DNA of 64,000 bases from Candidatus Oxydemutator sp. (GCA_965203445.1 OZ241883.1:512001-576000); one strand, 5' to 3'; positions 53,884-64,000 are shown, counted from the stretch's first letter. Notes: generated by a model not told the origin, from the sequence alone. Made by a program: numbers and translations.

Positions 53884-56800
53884 CTATTCTTTCGTACCGC
53901 CGCGCGCGGACAAAGACGCCGCGGTAGCGCCTCCCCGCCAGGTGCCGCGCACGAGCATCGTCTTCAGGTCGTCGGCGACCAGGTAGAAGCACGGCAGCAC
54001 GATCAAAATCAGCACCGTCGCCATCACCAGGCCGAAACCCAGGCTGATCGCCATCGGCGACAGAAAGGCGGTCTGGCCGGTGGCGAAAAAGATCAACGGC
54101 GAGACGCCGAGGAAGGTCGTAACCGTGGTCAGCAGTATCGGGCGCGCGCGCCGGCAGCCGGCGCGCACCACGGCGGTGTCGCGCGCGACGCCGTCCTTGC
54201 GCATGCGCTTGATACAGTCGATCAGTATCAGCGAGTCGTTGACGATGATGCCGCTGAGCGCGAGGATGCCGATGACCGAGACGAATTGCAGGTTGTAGCC
54301 GAGCAACAGGTGCCCGCCTATGACCCCGATCAGGCCGAACGGGATGGTCAGCATCACCAGCAGCGGGTCCAGCAGCGAACGGAACAATATGATCAGAATG
54401 AAGAAGATCAGAAACAGCGAGATGACGCCGGCGTCGTAGGCGCCGGCGAACGAGTCCGCGGCCTGTTTCTTTTCGCCGCCGAACACCATCTGGTAGCCGA
54501 CGCGGTTCTGGTACAGCGGCGCGAAGTGCCTGGTCAGCGCGTCGTAGATCTGGAGCGCGGTGGCGCGGCTCTGATCCACTTCCGCGCTGACCGTCGCGAC
54601 GCGCCGTTCGTCGAGACGTTTCAACGTGTTGAAGCCGCGGTCGAGGCTGGTGTCCGCGATCTCGTTGAAGTAGATCACCCTGCCGTCGGCGAGCGTGATC
54701 GGCAGTTCGGCCAGGCGCCCGCCGTCGTTGCGCACGTCCTCGTCGAAGATCAGGCGCACCGGGTAGCGCTCCTCGCCCCAGTTGACGTGCACCGTCTCGA
54801 CCCCGAGGTAGCCGGTGCGCACGGCCTCGGCGACGTCGCGCTGGGTCAGGCCGAGACGCCGCCCGTGCTCGTTGAGGCGGTAGCGGAACTCGAGTTTGCC
54901 CGGTTCCATGTCGTGGCGCACGTCGCGCACGCCTTCGAGCGACGCCAGAAAAGCAGCCATCTCGTCGGCGTAACTTTCGAGTATCCCGAGTTCCGGCCCG
55001 GTGAGATTCACCGACACGTCGGAACCGGCCGGCCCGGCCTCGGAGCGCGCAATCGAGAAACGCTTGACGCCGGGCATGCGTTCGACGCGCTCGCGCATCA
55101 GCGAGATGATGTCCTCGGTGTCGCGCGTGCGCCGCCCGCGCTCGCCAAAGTCGAGGCTCACCAGCGGCGTTACGAACCTCTCGATAAAGCCGCGCGGTTC
55201 GGGCTCGGTCAGCGTAACCACGAACTGAACGTAATTCTCGCCGATCTTCGAGCGCCGCGTCTCGGCGTCCACCAGCGTCAGCCCGATATTGGTCAACAAC
55301 ACCTCGAGCTCGTGCTCGGCGCCGTCGAAGGTGGCCAGAAGCTCGCGTTCGATCCTGGCCGACAGTTGTTCCGACTCCTCGATACTGTAGTTGTTCGGCG
55401 CCTCGATATTGACGAAAAACTGGCCGACCTCGACCTTGCCGAACAGTTGAAACGGCACGCGCGTGGCGGCGAGCGTCAGCGCCACGGCCAGGGTGCAGAT
55501 CGTCACGACCGAGACCAGATAGCGTCTTTGTATCGCCCATTCGAGATAGACGCGGTAGCGGCCGAGAAACTGGTGCCAGTAGCCGGAGGTCGCCGCCGGC
55601 GCGCGCCTTTCCTCCGCGTCCGCGGCCGGTGCCCGGCGGGCTTCATAGAGGGGACGCGGCGGCGTATCAGATTCCCGGGATTCGCGGCCGCGCAGAATCA
55701 GGTTGGCGTGTGCCGGCAGTATCAACAAAGCCTCCAGCAGCGAGCCCAGCAGCGCGGCGCTGACGACGACCGGGATGACGACGACAAACTGCCCCATGGT
55801 GCCGCCGATTGCGAAGATCGGCAAAAACGCCGCGATCGTGGTCAGCGTCGAGGCGCATACCGGCGCGATGACCTCGCGCGTCCCGTCCAGGGCCGCCTGC
55901 ATCACCGGCTCGCCCGCCTCGAGGTGGCGGTAGACGTTCTCGGTAATGATGATCGCGTCGTCCACTATCATGCCGAGCGCGATCAAAAACGCGAACAGCG
56001 ATACCATGTTGACCGTAAAGCCCGCGTACTTGAGGCAGATAATCGCCACCAGAAAAGACACCGGTATGCCCAGCGCGGTGATCAGCGCGACGCGGAAATT
56101 GAGCAGCAGGTAGAGCGACGTCAGGAGCATGACGAGACCAATCAGGCCGGACGAAAACACGGTTTGCAGGCGCGTGTTGACGTAATCGGAAAGATCGCTG
56201 TGGTAGCCGACGCGCACCGCCGGCGGCAGTTGCGGCGCGAGCCGCGTAATCAGCTCCTTGACGTCGTCGGCAATCTCGGTGGTCGAGGCGTCGGCGTCCT
56301 TGGTCACCACCAGATTCAGCGACGGCCTGCCGTTGAAGCGCGCGCGCGTCTCGACCATCTCCAATTTCAGATCGACCGCGGCGACGTCGCCTATGCGCAG
56401 TTGGCCGCCGTCGGCGTCGGTGCGGATTGTAATTTGCTTGAGCGCCTCGACGTCGGGCGCCGCGCTGACGCCGCGCAGTTGGATGTCGCCCTCCGCCGCC
56501 GCCAGCGAACCACCGGGCTGGTCCGTCAAGTTGGCCGCCAGGGCCGCGCGGATTTCGGCCAGCGACACGCCGCGCGCGGCGATCTCGTACGGATCCACCG
56601 CCACCCAGACCTCCCACTCGCGCTCGCCGGCGATTGCGACCGCGGCCACGCCGGCGATCTTCTGCAAGCGCCGTTTCACCAGCTTGCTGTTCTCGATCAG
56701 GTCGGCCTCGGGCACGTCGCCGTACACGCTGACGCTCAGCACCGGAAAGTTCGACTTGATGCGGCGGATGACCGGCGTCTCGGCGTCCTGCGGCAGATCG

Positions 56801-57141
56801 TCCATCGCGTCCACCGCCGAGCGCGTCTCGCGCAGAATTTCCTCGACGTCGCTGTTCGGTTTCAGCTTCAACAACACCACCGAAGAACCTTCGAGGCTGG
56901 TCGAGCGGAGTTCGTCGACGTCGGCGAAGTCCTTGACCTCCTTCTCTATCGGTATCGTAAGCTGGCGTTCGCTCTCTATCGGCGGCGCGCCCTCGAACAC
57001 AGTGCGTATCTCGACCAGGTCTTTCTCGATGGTCGGAAACATTTCCTGCGGCATCGAACGCCACGACAAAACGCCGATGATGACCACCGCGGCCAACAGA
57101 AAATTGACGATGAGCGGATTCTTTATCGAAAATTCGGTCAT
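53884..57141 (-). CDS. AcrB/AcrD/AcrF-family RND transporter permease
   Basis: GMIVDDAIII, TTIAAFLP, GIIVNDS and RARPILLT motifs; 1085 aa. Confidence 0.93.
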   Translation of the reverse strand: MTEFSIKNPLIVNFLLAAVVIIGVLSWRSMPQEMFPTIEKDLVEIRTVFEGAPPIESERQLTIPIEKEVKDFADVDELRSTSLEGSSVVLLKLKPNSDVEEILRETRSAVDAMDDLPQDAETPVIRRIKSNFPVLSVSVYGDVPEADLIENSKLVKRRLQKIAGVAAVAIAGEREWEVWVAVDPYEIAARGVSLAEIRAALAANLTDQPGGSLAAAEGDIQLRGVSAAPDVEALKQITIRTDADGGQLRIGDVAAVDLKLEMVETRARFNGRPSLNLVVTKDADASTTEIADDVKELITRLAPQLPPAVRVGYHSDLSDYVNTRLQTVFSSGLIGLVMLLTSLYLLLNFRVALITALGIPVSFLVAIICLKYAGFTVNMVSLFAFLIALGMIVDDAIIITENVYRHLEAGEPVMQAALDGTREVIAPVCASTLTTIAAFLPIFAIGGTMGQFVVVIPVVVSAALLGSLLEALLILPAHANLILRGRESRESDTPPRPLYEARRAPAADAEERRAPAATSGYWHQFLGRYRVYLEWAIQRRYLVSVVTICTLAVALTLAATRVPFQLFGKVEVGQFFVNIEAPNNYSIEESEQLSARIERELLATFDGAEHELEVLLTNIGLTLVDAETRRSKIGENYVQFVVTLTEPEPRGFIERFVTPLVSLDFGERGRRTRDTEDIISLMRERVERMPGVKRFSIARSEAGPAGSDVSVNLTGPELGILESYADEMAAFLASLEGVRDVRHDMEPGKLEFRYRLNEHGRRLGLTQRDVAEAVRTGYLGVETVHVNWGEERYPVRLIFDEDVRNDGGRLAELPITLADGRVIYFNEIADTSLDRGFNTLKRLDERRVATVSAEVDQSRATALQIYDALTRHFAPLYQNRVGYQMVFGGEKKQAADSFAGAYDAGVISLFLIFFILIILFRSLLDPLLVMLTIPFGLIGVIGGHLLLGYNLQFVSVIGILALSGIIVNDSLILIDCIKRMRKDGVARDTAVVRAGCRRARPILLTTVTTFLGVSPLIFFATGQTAFLSPMAISLGFGLVMATVLILIVLPCFYLVADDLKTMLVRGTWRGGATAASLSARGGTKE

Positions 57142-57221
57142 ACGGGGTTACCTTTTGTCGGCGAATGGGTGGACGCTTACGCGAATGACGTGCCTAAGGG
57201 AGCGACTAAGCCGGCCACCGC

Positions 57222-60200
57222 CTACTGAATCGGAAACGTCCGGCGCCGACCCTTGTTCTCTATCACGAAATATCGATCGGCGGACAACACCTCGCCGTCA
57301 AAGTCCACGTCCGCGTCCACCGCGTAATGGCCGGCCGCGGCCGCGGCGCGGTAGTCGCCCGCACCCAACGACGACAAGTTGTACACGCGTATCAATACTT
57401 CGTCCCGCTCATCAATCACGCCGTTTCGATCCACGTCGCCCGCGACCATCGCATACACGCCCGCCCCCACTGCAATCTGCCCGCCCCCGTGCGACTGCCC
57501 GACGCGGAAGTCCACGCAGTAGTCCGCCTCGCAATCGGCGCCCGTGGTCGCGGCCGCCGGCATCGCCGACATCACCGACAGATGGTTGCGGTGGTGGATC
57601 AGCACGTACAGGTCCTCCCCTTCGGACAGCTCCGCCTCAAAGCGCACGCCGCCCAATGACAGCGCGTCCGCCACCGACGACGCCGCCTCGTTTATCCCCG
57701 CGATGCGACCGTCGCTCAACAGCAGACCCGCGGCGCGACCGCCCGTCGGCGGCCGCGACGACGCGGCCGCGGTCGTGCTCTCGCCGGTGCGCAACTCCAC
57801 CAGCACCCAGTCCACTATCGTCGAGGTGACACTGGCCAGGCCGACCGCCGCGCCCGCGTGCGGCACCGTCGTCGTCACCGGGTGCCCCCACGGCAACGCG
57901 CCGTACGGCTGGCGCCTCGGCAACAAGCCCGCCAAGTCGCTCCTCATCCGACCGGCCCCGGCAAGCAACGCCCCCTGCAAAACCACTCGTGCGTCCACCA
58001 CTACGACCCTCTCGCTGAAAATGCCAACGTCCGCAAACGACGGCGTCCCCAGCTCCGCCAGATGGGTGCCGCAATTCGGGCAGCCCGTCAGCCTCAAACG
58101 AAACCGCTCGCGGCCCTCGTCCCCCCTGCCGTCGCTCGGCACGCCCACCTCTATCCTCGCCACGCCCGCCTCATTCAGCACCACGCTCCCGGTAAACGGC
58201 AGCGAAACCACCGAGCGCACGCCGGCGGCGCCACGCCCCTCTACGTGCACCGCGGCCAGGTCCTCGTGCGTCAAACCCTCGGACGCGGCGGCAATCTCAT
58301 AGTCCACGACCACCGCCCGATCACCGCCGCCACTCAACGCGATCGTGAACGTCGCGGTAGTGCTTTCGCTCACCGTCGCGGACGTCGCCGCCACCGTCAC
58401 CTGACTCAGTTCATTGGCCTCTATCGTCGTACGCGCAACGGTGCTCGGCACGCCTAAAACCACGCGCGCAGGCGCCCCCGTGAGCCTCGCGCCCGTCAAC
58501 GTCACCGCCAGCACCTCGGACAACTCGGGCTCGCCGTCCACGCGCACCCTCAACGAAAACGACGCGCTGACGGCGCCCGATTCGATGGCCACGCTGCTCG
58601 CAGTCACGCCGACAAAGTCGGCGGCGTCGACTTCGCCGCCACCCACCGACCAATCCCAACTCGCACGCACCCCCGGCGGCAAGGCCTGCGGCAAGCGCAC
58701 CACGTAACTCGCGGTGCCGCCTTCCGACACCGTCTCGCTGCCGGTGAGCGTCGGGGCAAGACTCACCGCCGGCTGCGCCTCCCGCTGCGACGTGCGACGC
58801 GCCGCCTCCGTGTCGGTAGCGCCGCCGAACACCAGCACCGGGTAATCAAACACGCTGCCGAAGTCCCACGGACTGTCGTCGTTCAAGTTGCCGTCGCCTA
58901 TCCGATCCAAGCCGTCCACGTTCAACTGATCCCAACCCGCATAGATCGTGCCCGCGGCCGTCGTCGGGACGCGCAACTCGCTCGACGTCTTCGAGGTGTC
59001 GTCCGAACTCGGCGCATTCGTTCCGCAGCAACGGCTCAAGCCGCTGCGCTCGGCGTCAAAATAACTCGACTCCACCACGGCGCCGACTACCCGGTTGCCT
59101 ATCAGACCGCCGGCCGTGGCCGTCCCCGTCGTTACCCCGACCGAGTAGCTGGCGCTGACCACCGACGCGCCGCCGGCTTCGCCCACCAGACCGCCCGCGT
59201 TGCTTTCCTCCGCATGCACCTCCACGTCGGCGTAACTCGCCACCAGCCCGCCGTAATGACCCCCTATCAAACCGCCCACTCCCGAGGCGCCGGATATGCG
59301 ACCGCCGATCACGTAACTCGCCGCCACCTTGCCCTCGTTGCGGCCCACCAGCGCACCGGTATAGGTGCTGCTGCGACCCAAGTCCCCTAAGGCCACCCGC
59401 GCGTTGCGCAAGCCCACGTTGCGGATCACGCCGTCGGCGCCGACGGCGCCGAACAAACCCACGTGATACCGCTGCCCGTCCCCGGCCATCGTCAGATTGC
59501 TGATGACGTGGCCGTTGCCTTCAAAAACGGCGCTGTAGGCATCCCCCGGAAGGTCTTCAAGCCTGACGCCCCCGCCTATCGGCGTCCAGTCCGGGATGTC
59601 CGACAAGTCCAGGTCGGCCGACAACTCGTAGCCGGTGCACGTTCTCGGACAGGTCTGCATCCCGTCGAAAACGGGAAACGCCGCAAAATAAGCGGCCCTG
59701 TTGGCATCGCTCACGCCCGCTATCCCGACACCGCCCAGGTCGTAGCGGATCGCCGCCAACTGCGACGTCGTCGCCACGTCTATCAAGGTGTCGCCGTCGT
59801 CGTTGTAGGCTATTCCGTCGCTGAACGCAATGGTGGTCCTGACGGAAACCGGCGCGCCCAGATCCACGCCACGCGCGGGCGCCCCCGTGAGCCGCGCGCC
59901 CGTCAACGTTACCACCAGCACCTCGGACAACTCGGACACGTCGTCATCGCGCACCTCCACCGAAAACGACGCGCTGACGGCGCCCGAGACGACGACCACG
60001 GTGCTTGCGGTCACGCCGACAAAGTCGGCGGCGTCGACGTCGCCGCCGCCCACCGACCAATCCCAACGCACGCTCACCCCCGGCGGCAAGGCCTGTGGCA
60101 AGCGCACCACGTAACTCGCGCTCTCGCCTTCCGACACCGTCGCGCTGCCGGTGAGCGTCGCCACAAGCCTCACCTTCGGCTGCGCCTCCTGCTGCGACGT

Positions 60201-63200
60201 GCGACGCGCCTGCACCGTGCCGGTAGAACCGCCGAACACCAGCACCGGGTAATCGAACACGCTGCCGAAATCCCACGGCGCGTCGTCGTTCAAGTTGCCG
60301 TCGCGTCCCCGATCCAAGCCGTCCACGTTCAACTGATCCCAACCGGCGTAGATCGTGCCCGCGGTCGTCGTCGGGACGCGCAACTCGCTCGATGTCTTCG
60401 AGGTGTCGTCCGGACTCGGCGCATTCGTTCCGCAGCAACGGCTCAGACCGCTGCGCTCGGCGTCAAAATAGCTCGACTCCACCACGGCGCCGACTACCCG
60501 GTTGCCTATCAAACCGCCGAGCGTGCCGCTTCCCGTCGTTGCCCCGACCGAGTAGCTGGCGCTGACCACCGACGCGCCACCGGCTTCGCCCGCCAGACCG
60601 CCCGCGTTGCTTCCCTCCGCATGCACCTCCACGTCGGCGTAACTCGCCACCAGCCCGCCGTAATGACCCCCTATCAAACCGCCCACCCCGGATGCGCCGG
60701 ATATGCGACCGCCACTGACGTAACTCGCCGCCACCTTGCCCTCGTTGCGACCCACCAGCGCACCGGTATAGGTGCTGCTGCGACCCAGGTCCACCCGCGC
60801 GTTGCGCAAGCCGACGTTGCGGATCGCGCCGGCGGCGCCGACGGCGCCGAACAAACCCACGTGATACCGCTGCCCGTCCCCGGTCATCGTCAGATTGCTG
60901 ATGACGTGGCCGTTGCCTTCAAAAACAGCGGTGTAATAGTCCACCGGAGATTCCACCCCCGAGCCCCCGCCTAGCGGCGTCCAGTCCGGGATGCCGGACA
61001 AGTCCAGGTCGGCCGACAACTCGTAGCCGGTGCACGTGCCGGGGCAGATCTGCTCCACGTCGAAAACGGGAAACGCCGCCAGATAAGCGGCCCTGTTCGC
61101 ATCGCCGCTCACGCCCGCCAACCCGACACCGCCCAGGTCGTAGCGGATCGCCGCCAACTGCGACGTCGTCGCCACCTCTATCAAGTTGTCGTCGTCAACG
61201 TCGTAGTCTTTCGCGCCGCTCACCTCGATGGTGGTCCTGACGGAAAGCGGCACGCCTAAACTCACGTGCGCGGGCGCCCCCGTGAGCCTCGCGCCCGTCA
61301 ACGTCACCACCAGCACCTCGGACAACTCGGGCTCGCCGTCCACGCGCACCCTCAACGAAAACGACGCGCTGACGGTGCCCGATTCGATGGCCACGCTGCT
61401 CGCAGTCACGCCGACAAAGTCGTCGGCGTCGACTTCGCCGCCGCCCACCGACCAATCCCAACGCGCACGCACCCCCGGCGGCAAGGCCTGCGGCAAGCGC
61501 ACCACGTAACTCGCGGTGCCGCCTTCCGACACCGTCTCGCTGCCGGCGAGCGTCGGGGCAAGACTCACCGCCGGCTGCGCCTCCCGCTGCGACGTGCGAC
61601 GCGCCGCCTCCGTGTCGGTAGCGCCGCCGAACACCAGCACCGGGTAATCGAACACGCTGCCGAAGTCCCACGGACTGTCGTCGTTCAAGTTGCCGTCGCG
61701 TCCCCGATCCTCGCCGTCCACGTCCAACTGGTCCCAACCGGCGTAGATTGTGCCCGCGGTCGTCGTCGGGACGCGCAACTCGCTCGACGTCTTCGAGGTG
61801 TCATCCGAACTCGGCGCATTCGTTCCGCAGCAACGGCTCAAGCCGCTGCGCTCGGCGTCAAAATAACTCGACTCCACCACGGCGCCGACTACCCGGTTCC
61901 CTATCAGACCGCCGGCCGTGGCCGTCCCCGTCGTTACCCCGACCGAGTAGCTGGCGCTGACCACCGACGCGCCGCCGGCTTCGCCCACCAGACCGCCCGC
62001 GTTGCTTTCCTCTGCATGCACCTCCACGTCGGCGTAACTCGCCACCAGCCCGCCGTAATGACCCCCTATCAAACCGCCCACTCCCGAGGCGCCGGATATG
62101 CGACCGCCGATCACGTAACTCGCCGCCACCTTGCCCTCGTTGCGGCCCACCAGCGCACCGGTATAGGTGCTGCTGTGGCCCAAGACCACCCGCGCGTTAC
62201 GCAAGCCCACGTTGCGGATGGTGCCGACGGCGCTGACGGCGCCGAACAAACCCACGTGATACCGCTGCCCGTCCCCGGTCACCCGCAGATTGCTTATGAC
62301 GCGGCCGTTGCCTTCAAAAACGGCAGTGTAATAATCCACCGGAGATTCCACCCCCGAGCCCCCGCCTATCGGCGTCCAATCCGCTATGCTGTCCAAGTCC
62401 AGGTCGCCCGACAACTCGTAGCCGGTGCACGTGCCGGGACAGGTCCGTTTCTCGTCGAAAAAGGGAAACGCCGCATAATAAGCGGCCCTGTTCGCACTGC
62501 TCACGCCCGCCGGCCCGACACCGCCCAGGTCGTAGCGGATCGCCGCCAACTGCGACGTCGTCTCCACATCTATCAAGGTGTCGCCGTCGCCGTTGTAGAT
62601 TGTTTCGTCGCTCGCCTCGATGATGGTCCTGACGGAAACCGGCATGCCCAGATCCACGCCGCGCGCGGGCGCCCCCGTGAGCCTCGCGCCCGTCAACGCC
62701 ACCACCAGCACCTCGGAAAACTCGGGCTCGTCGTCGTCGCGCACCCCCACCGAAAACGACGCGCTGACGGCGCCCGATTCGATGACCACGCTGCTCGCAG
62801 TCACGCTGACAAAGTCGTCGGCGTCGACTTCGCCGCCGCCCACCGACCAATCCCAGCTCGCACGCACCCCCGGCGGCAAGGCCTGCGGCAAACTCACCAC
62901 GTAACTCGCGGTGCCGCCTTCCGACACCGTCTCGCTGCCGGCGAGCGTCGGGGCAAGACTCACCGCCGGCTGCGCCTCCCGCTGCAACGTGCGACGCGCC
63001 TGCATCGTTTCGGTGGAGCCGCCGAACACCAGCACCGGATACTCGAACACGCTGCCGAAGTCCCACGGCGCGTCGTCGTTCAAGTCGCCGTCGCGTCCCC
63101 GATCCAAGCCGTCCACGTTCAACTGATCCCAACCCGCATAGATCGTGCCCGCGGCCGTCGTCGGGACGCGCAACTCGCTCGATGTCTTCGAGGTGTCATC

Positions 63201-64000
63201 CGAACTCGGCGCATTCGTTCCGCAGCAACGGCTCAAGCCGCTGCGCTCGGCGTCAAAATAACTCGACTCGACCACGGCGCCGACTACCCGGTTCCCTATC
63301 AGACCGCCGGCCGTGGCCGTCCCCGTCGTTACCCCGACCGAGTAACTGGCGCTGACCACCGACGCGCCGCCGGCTTCGCCCACCAGACCGCCCGCGTTGC
63401 TTTCCTCTGCATGCACCTCCACGTCGGCGTAACTCGCCACCAGACTGCCGTAATGACCCCCTATCAAACCGCCCACTCTCGAGGCGCCGGATACGCGACC
63501 GCCACTGACGTAACTTGCCGCTACTTTGCCCTCGTTGCGGCCCACCAGCGCACCGGTATAGGTGCTGCTGCGACCCAAGTCCACCCGCGCGTTGCGCAAA
63601 CCGACGTTGCGGATCGCGCCGTCGGCGCCGACGGCGCCGAACAAACCCACGTGATACCGCTGCCCGTCCCCGGTCACCCGCAAATTGCTGATGACGCGGC
63701 CGTTGCCTTCAAAAACGGCAGTGTAATAATCCACCGGATATTCCACCCCCGAGCCCCCGCCTATCGGCGTCCAATCCGCTATGCTGTCCAAGTCCAGGTC
63801 GGCAGACAACTCGTAGCCGGTGCACGTGCTGGGACAGGTCCGTTTCTCGTCGAAAAAGGGAAACGCCGCATAATAAGCGGCCCTGTTCGCACTGCTCACG
63901 CCCGCCAACCCGACACCGCCCAGGTCGTAGCGTATCGCCGCCAACTGCGACGTCGTCTCCACGTCTATCAAGGTATCGCCGTCGCCGTTGTAGATTGTTT
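57222..64000 (-). CDS. Giant repetitive surface protein/adhesin (GLUG-like beta-helix plus Calx-beta/Ig-like modules; C-terminal HRNHL/dockerin-like domain), 5' end beyond the window
   Basis: Frame open to base 64000; four ~465-aa modules (LIDV..QLAAIRYDL, FEGNG..ISNL, VGLFG, GGLVG, DDDEPE..E) and a unique C-terminus. Confidence 0.9.
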   Translation of the reverse strand, partial: TIYNGDGDTLIDVETTSQLAAIRYDLGGVGLAGVSSANRAAYYAAFPFFDEKRTCPSTCTGYELSADLDLDSIADWTPIGGGSGVEYPVDYYTAVFEGNGRVISNLRVTGDGQRYHVGLFGAVGADGAIRNVGLRNARVDLGRSSTYTGALVGRNEGKVAASYVSGGRVSGASRVGGLIGGHYGSLVASYADVEVHAEESNAGGLVGEAGGASVVSASYSVGVTTGTATAGGLIGNRVVGAVVESSYFDAERSGLSRCCGTNAPSSDDTSKTSSELRVPTTAAGTIYAGWDQLNVDGLDRGRDGDLNDDAPWDFGSVFEYPVLVFGGSTETMQARRTLQREAQPAVSLAPTLAGSETVSEGGTASYVVSLPQALPPGVRASWDWSVGGGEVDADDFVSVTASSVVIESGAVSASFSVGVRDDDEPEFSEVLVVALTGARLTGAPARGVDLGMPVSVRTIIEASDETIYNGDGDTLIDVETTSQLAAIRYDLGGVGPAGVSSANRAAYYAAFPFFDEKRTCPGTCTGYELSGDLDLDSIADWTPIGGGSGVESPVDYYTAVFEGNGRVISNLRVTGDGQRYHVGLFGAVSAVGTIRNVGLRNARVVLGHSSTYTGALVGRNEGKVAASYVIGGRISGASGVGGLIGGHYGGLVASYADVEVHAEESNAGGLVGEAGGASVVSASYSVGVTTGTATAGGLIGNRVVGAVVESSYFDAERSGLSRCCGTNAPSSDDTSKTSSELRVPTTTAGTIYAGWDQLDVDGEDRGRDGNLNDDSPWDFGSVFDYPVLVFGGATDTEAARRTSQREAQPAVSLAPTLAGSETVSEGGTASYVVRLPQALPPGVRARWDWSVGGGEVDADDFVGVTASSVAIESGTVSASFSLRVRVDGEPELSEVLVVTLTGARLTGAPAHVSLGVPLSVRTTIEVSGAKDYDVDDDNLIEVATTSQLAAIRYDLGGVGLAGVSGDANRAAYLAAFPVFDVEQICPGTCTGYELSADLDLSGIPDWTPLGGGSGVESPVDYYTAVFEGNGHVISNLTMTGDGQRYHVGLFGAVGAAGAIRNVGLRNARVDLGRSSTYTGALVGRNEGKVAASYVSGGRISGASGVGGLIGGHYGGLVASYADVEVHAEGSNAGGLAGEAGGASVVSASYSVGATTGSGTLGGLIGNRVVGAVVESSYFDAERSGLSRCCGTNAPSPDDTSKTSSELRVPTTTAGTIYAGWDQLNVDGLDRGRDGNLNDDAPWDFGSVFDYPVLVFGGSTGTVQARRTSQQEAQPKVRLVATLTGSATVSEGESASYVVRLPQALPPGVSVRWDWSVGGGDVDAADFVGVTASTVVVVSGAVSASFSVEVRDDDVSELSEVLVVTLTGARLTGAPARGVDLGAPVSVRTTIAFSDGIAYNDDGDTLIDVATTSQLAAIRYDLGGVGIAGVSDANRAAYFAAFPVFDGMQTCPRTCTGYELSADLDLSDIPDWTPIGGGVRLEDLPGDAYSAVFEGNGHVISNLTMAGDGQRYHVGLFGAVGADGVIRNVGLRNARVALGDLGRSSTYTGALVGRNEGKVAASYVIGGRISGASGVGGLIGGHYGGLVASYADVEVHAEESNAGGLVGEAGGASVVSASYSVGVTTGTATAGGLIGNRVVGAVVESSYFDAERSGLSRCCGTNAPSSDDTSKTSSELRVPTTAAGTIYAGWDQLNVDGLDRIGDGNLNDDSPWDFGSVFDYPVLVFGGATDTEAARRTSQREAQPAVSLAPTLTGSETVSEGGTASYVVRLPQALPPGVRASWDWSVGGGEVDAADFVGVTASSVAIESGAVSASFSLRVRVDGEPELSEVLAVTLTGARLTGAPARVVLGVPSTVARTTIEANELSQVTVAATSATVSESTTATFTIALSGGGDRAVVVDYEIAAASEGLTHEDLAAVHVEGRGAAGVRSVVSLPFTGSVVLNEAGVARIEVGVPSDGRGDEGRERFRLRLTGCPNCGTHLAELGTPSFADVGIFSERVVVVDARVVLQGALLAGAGRMRSDLAGLLPRRQPYGALPWGHPVTTTVPHAGAAVGLASVTSTIVDWVLVELRTGESTTAAASSRPPTGGRAAGLLLSDGRIAGINEAASSVADALSLGGVRFEAELSEGEDLYVLIHHRNHLSVMSAMPAAATTGADCEADYCVDFRVGQSHGGGQIAVGAGVYAMVAGDVDRNGVIDERDEVLIRVYNLSSLGAGDYRAAAAAGHYAVDADVDFDGEVLSADRYFVIENKGRRRTFPIQ
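58420..64000 (-). repeat. Tandem ~1395-bp near-identical coding repeats (at least 4 units)
   Basis: Anchor CCGCCCAGGTCGTAGCG recurs at 59731, 61129, 62521 and 63916 (spacings 1398, 1392, 1395). Confidence 0.95.

Noticed and set aside
53035-57228. 1397-aa plus-strand ORF and other long antisense ORFs (e.g. 25915-27801, 13115-15046)
   Set aside because: These are antisense shadows of well-supported genes, as expected in high-GC DNA.
58420-64000. Diversity-generating retroelement TR/VR pair
   Set aside because: Differences between repeats are not adenine-specific, all units are in-frame coding modules, and there is no reverse transcriptase in the window.

Overview
High-GC proteobacterial chromosomal window. 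The housekeeping genes look gammaproteobacterial, and the cargo resembles that of marine host-associated bacteria (inference). The backbone comprises the end of a MoxR/VWA 'bat' operon (DUF58, DUF4381, batA, batB-TPR, batD), tungstate ABC genes tupBCA, a rhomboid protease, hemB, hemF, tsaC, tRNA-Ala(CGC), ribF-ileS-lspA-ispH, glyQ-glyS-gmhB, selU/selD, nadA, a sigma54-type TorF porin, ctpA, ampG, xth and an AcrB-type RND pump. Four accessory blocks stand out. (1) An IS1595-family element (909-2351) with TIRs, a near-perfect 8-bp TSD, an internally deleted transposase and an intact orphan DNA methyltransferase sits inside the bat operon. (2) A decayed IS481 abuts a ~9.7-kb block (12838-22569) bracketed by ~37-bp inverted repeats. 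It carries an Eco57I/type IIG-like N6 methyltransferase, a lower-GC ~1290-aa candidate nuclease/defence protein, a dam pseudogene and an SDH/ClpP-fold protease. (3) An ~11-kb chromosomal type IV pilus operon (33.4-44.4 kb) has type IVb/ICE-like architecture but short-leader N-Phe pilins and no conjugation genes. (4) A giant surface protein of more than 2250 aa is built from near-identical ~465-aa tandem modules, ends in a Bacteroidota-style HRNHL/dockerin-like domain, and runs off the window end. Several genes also appear to be leaderless. All calls come from reading motifs by eye; no database searches were run.
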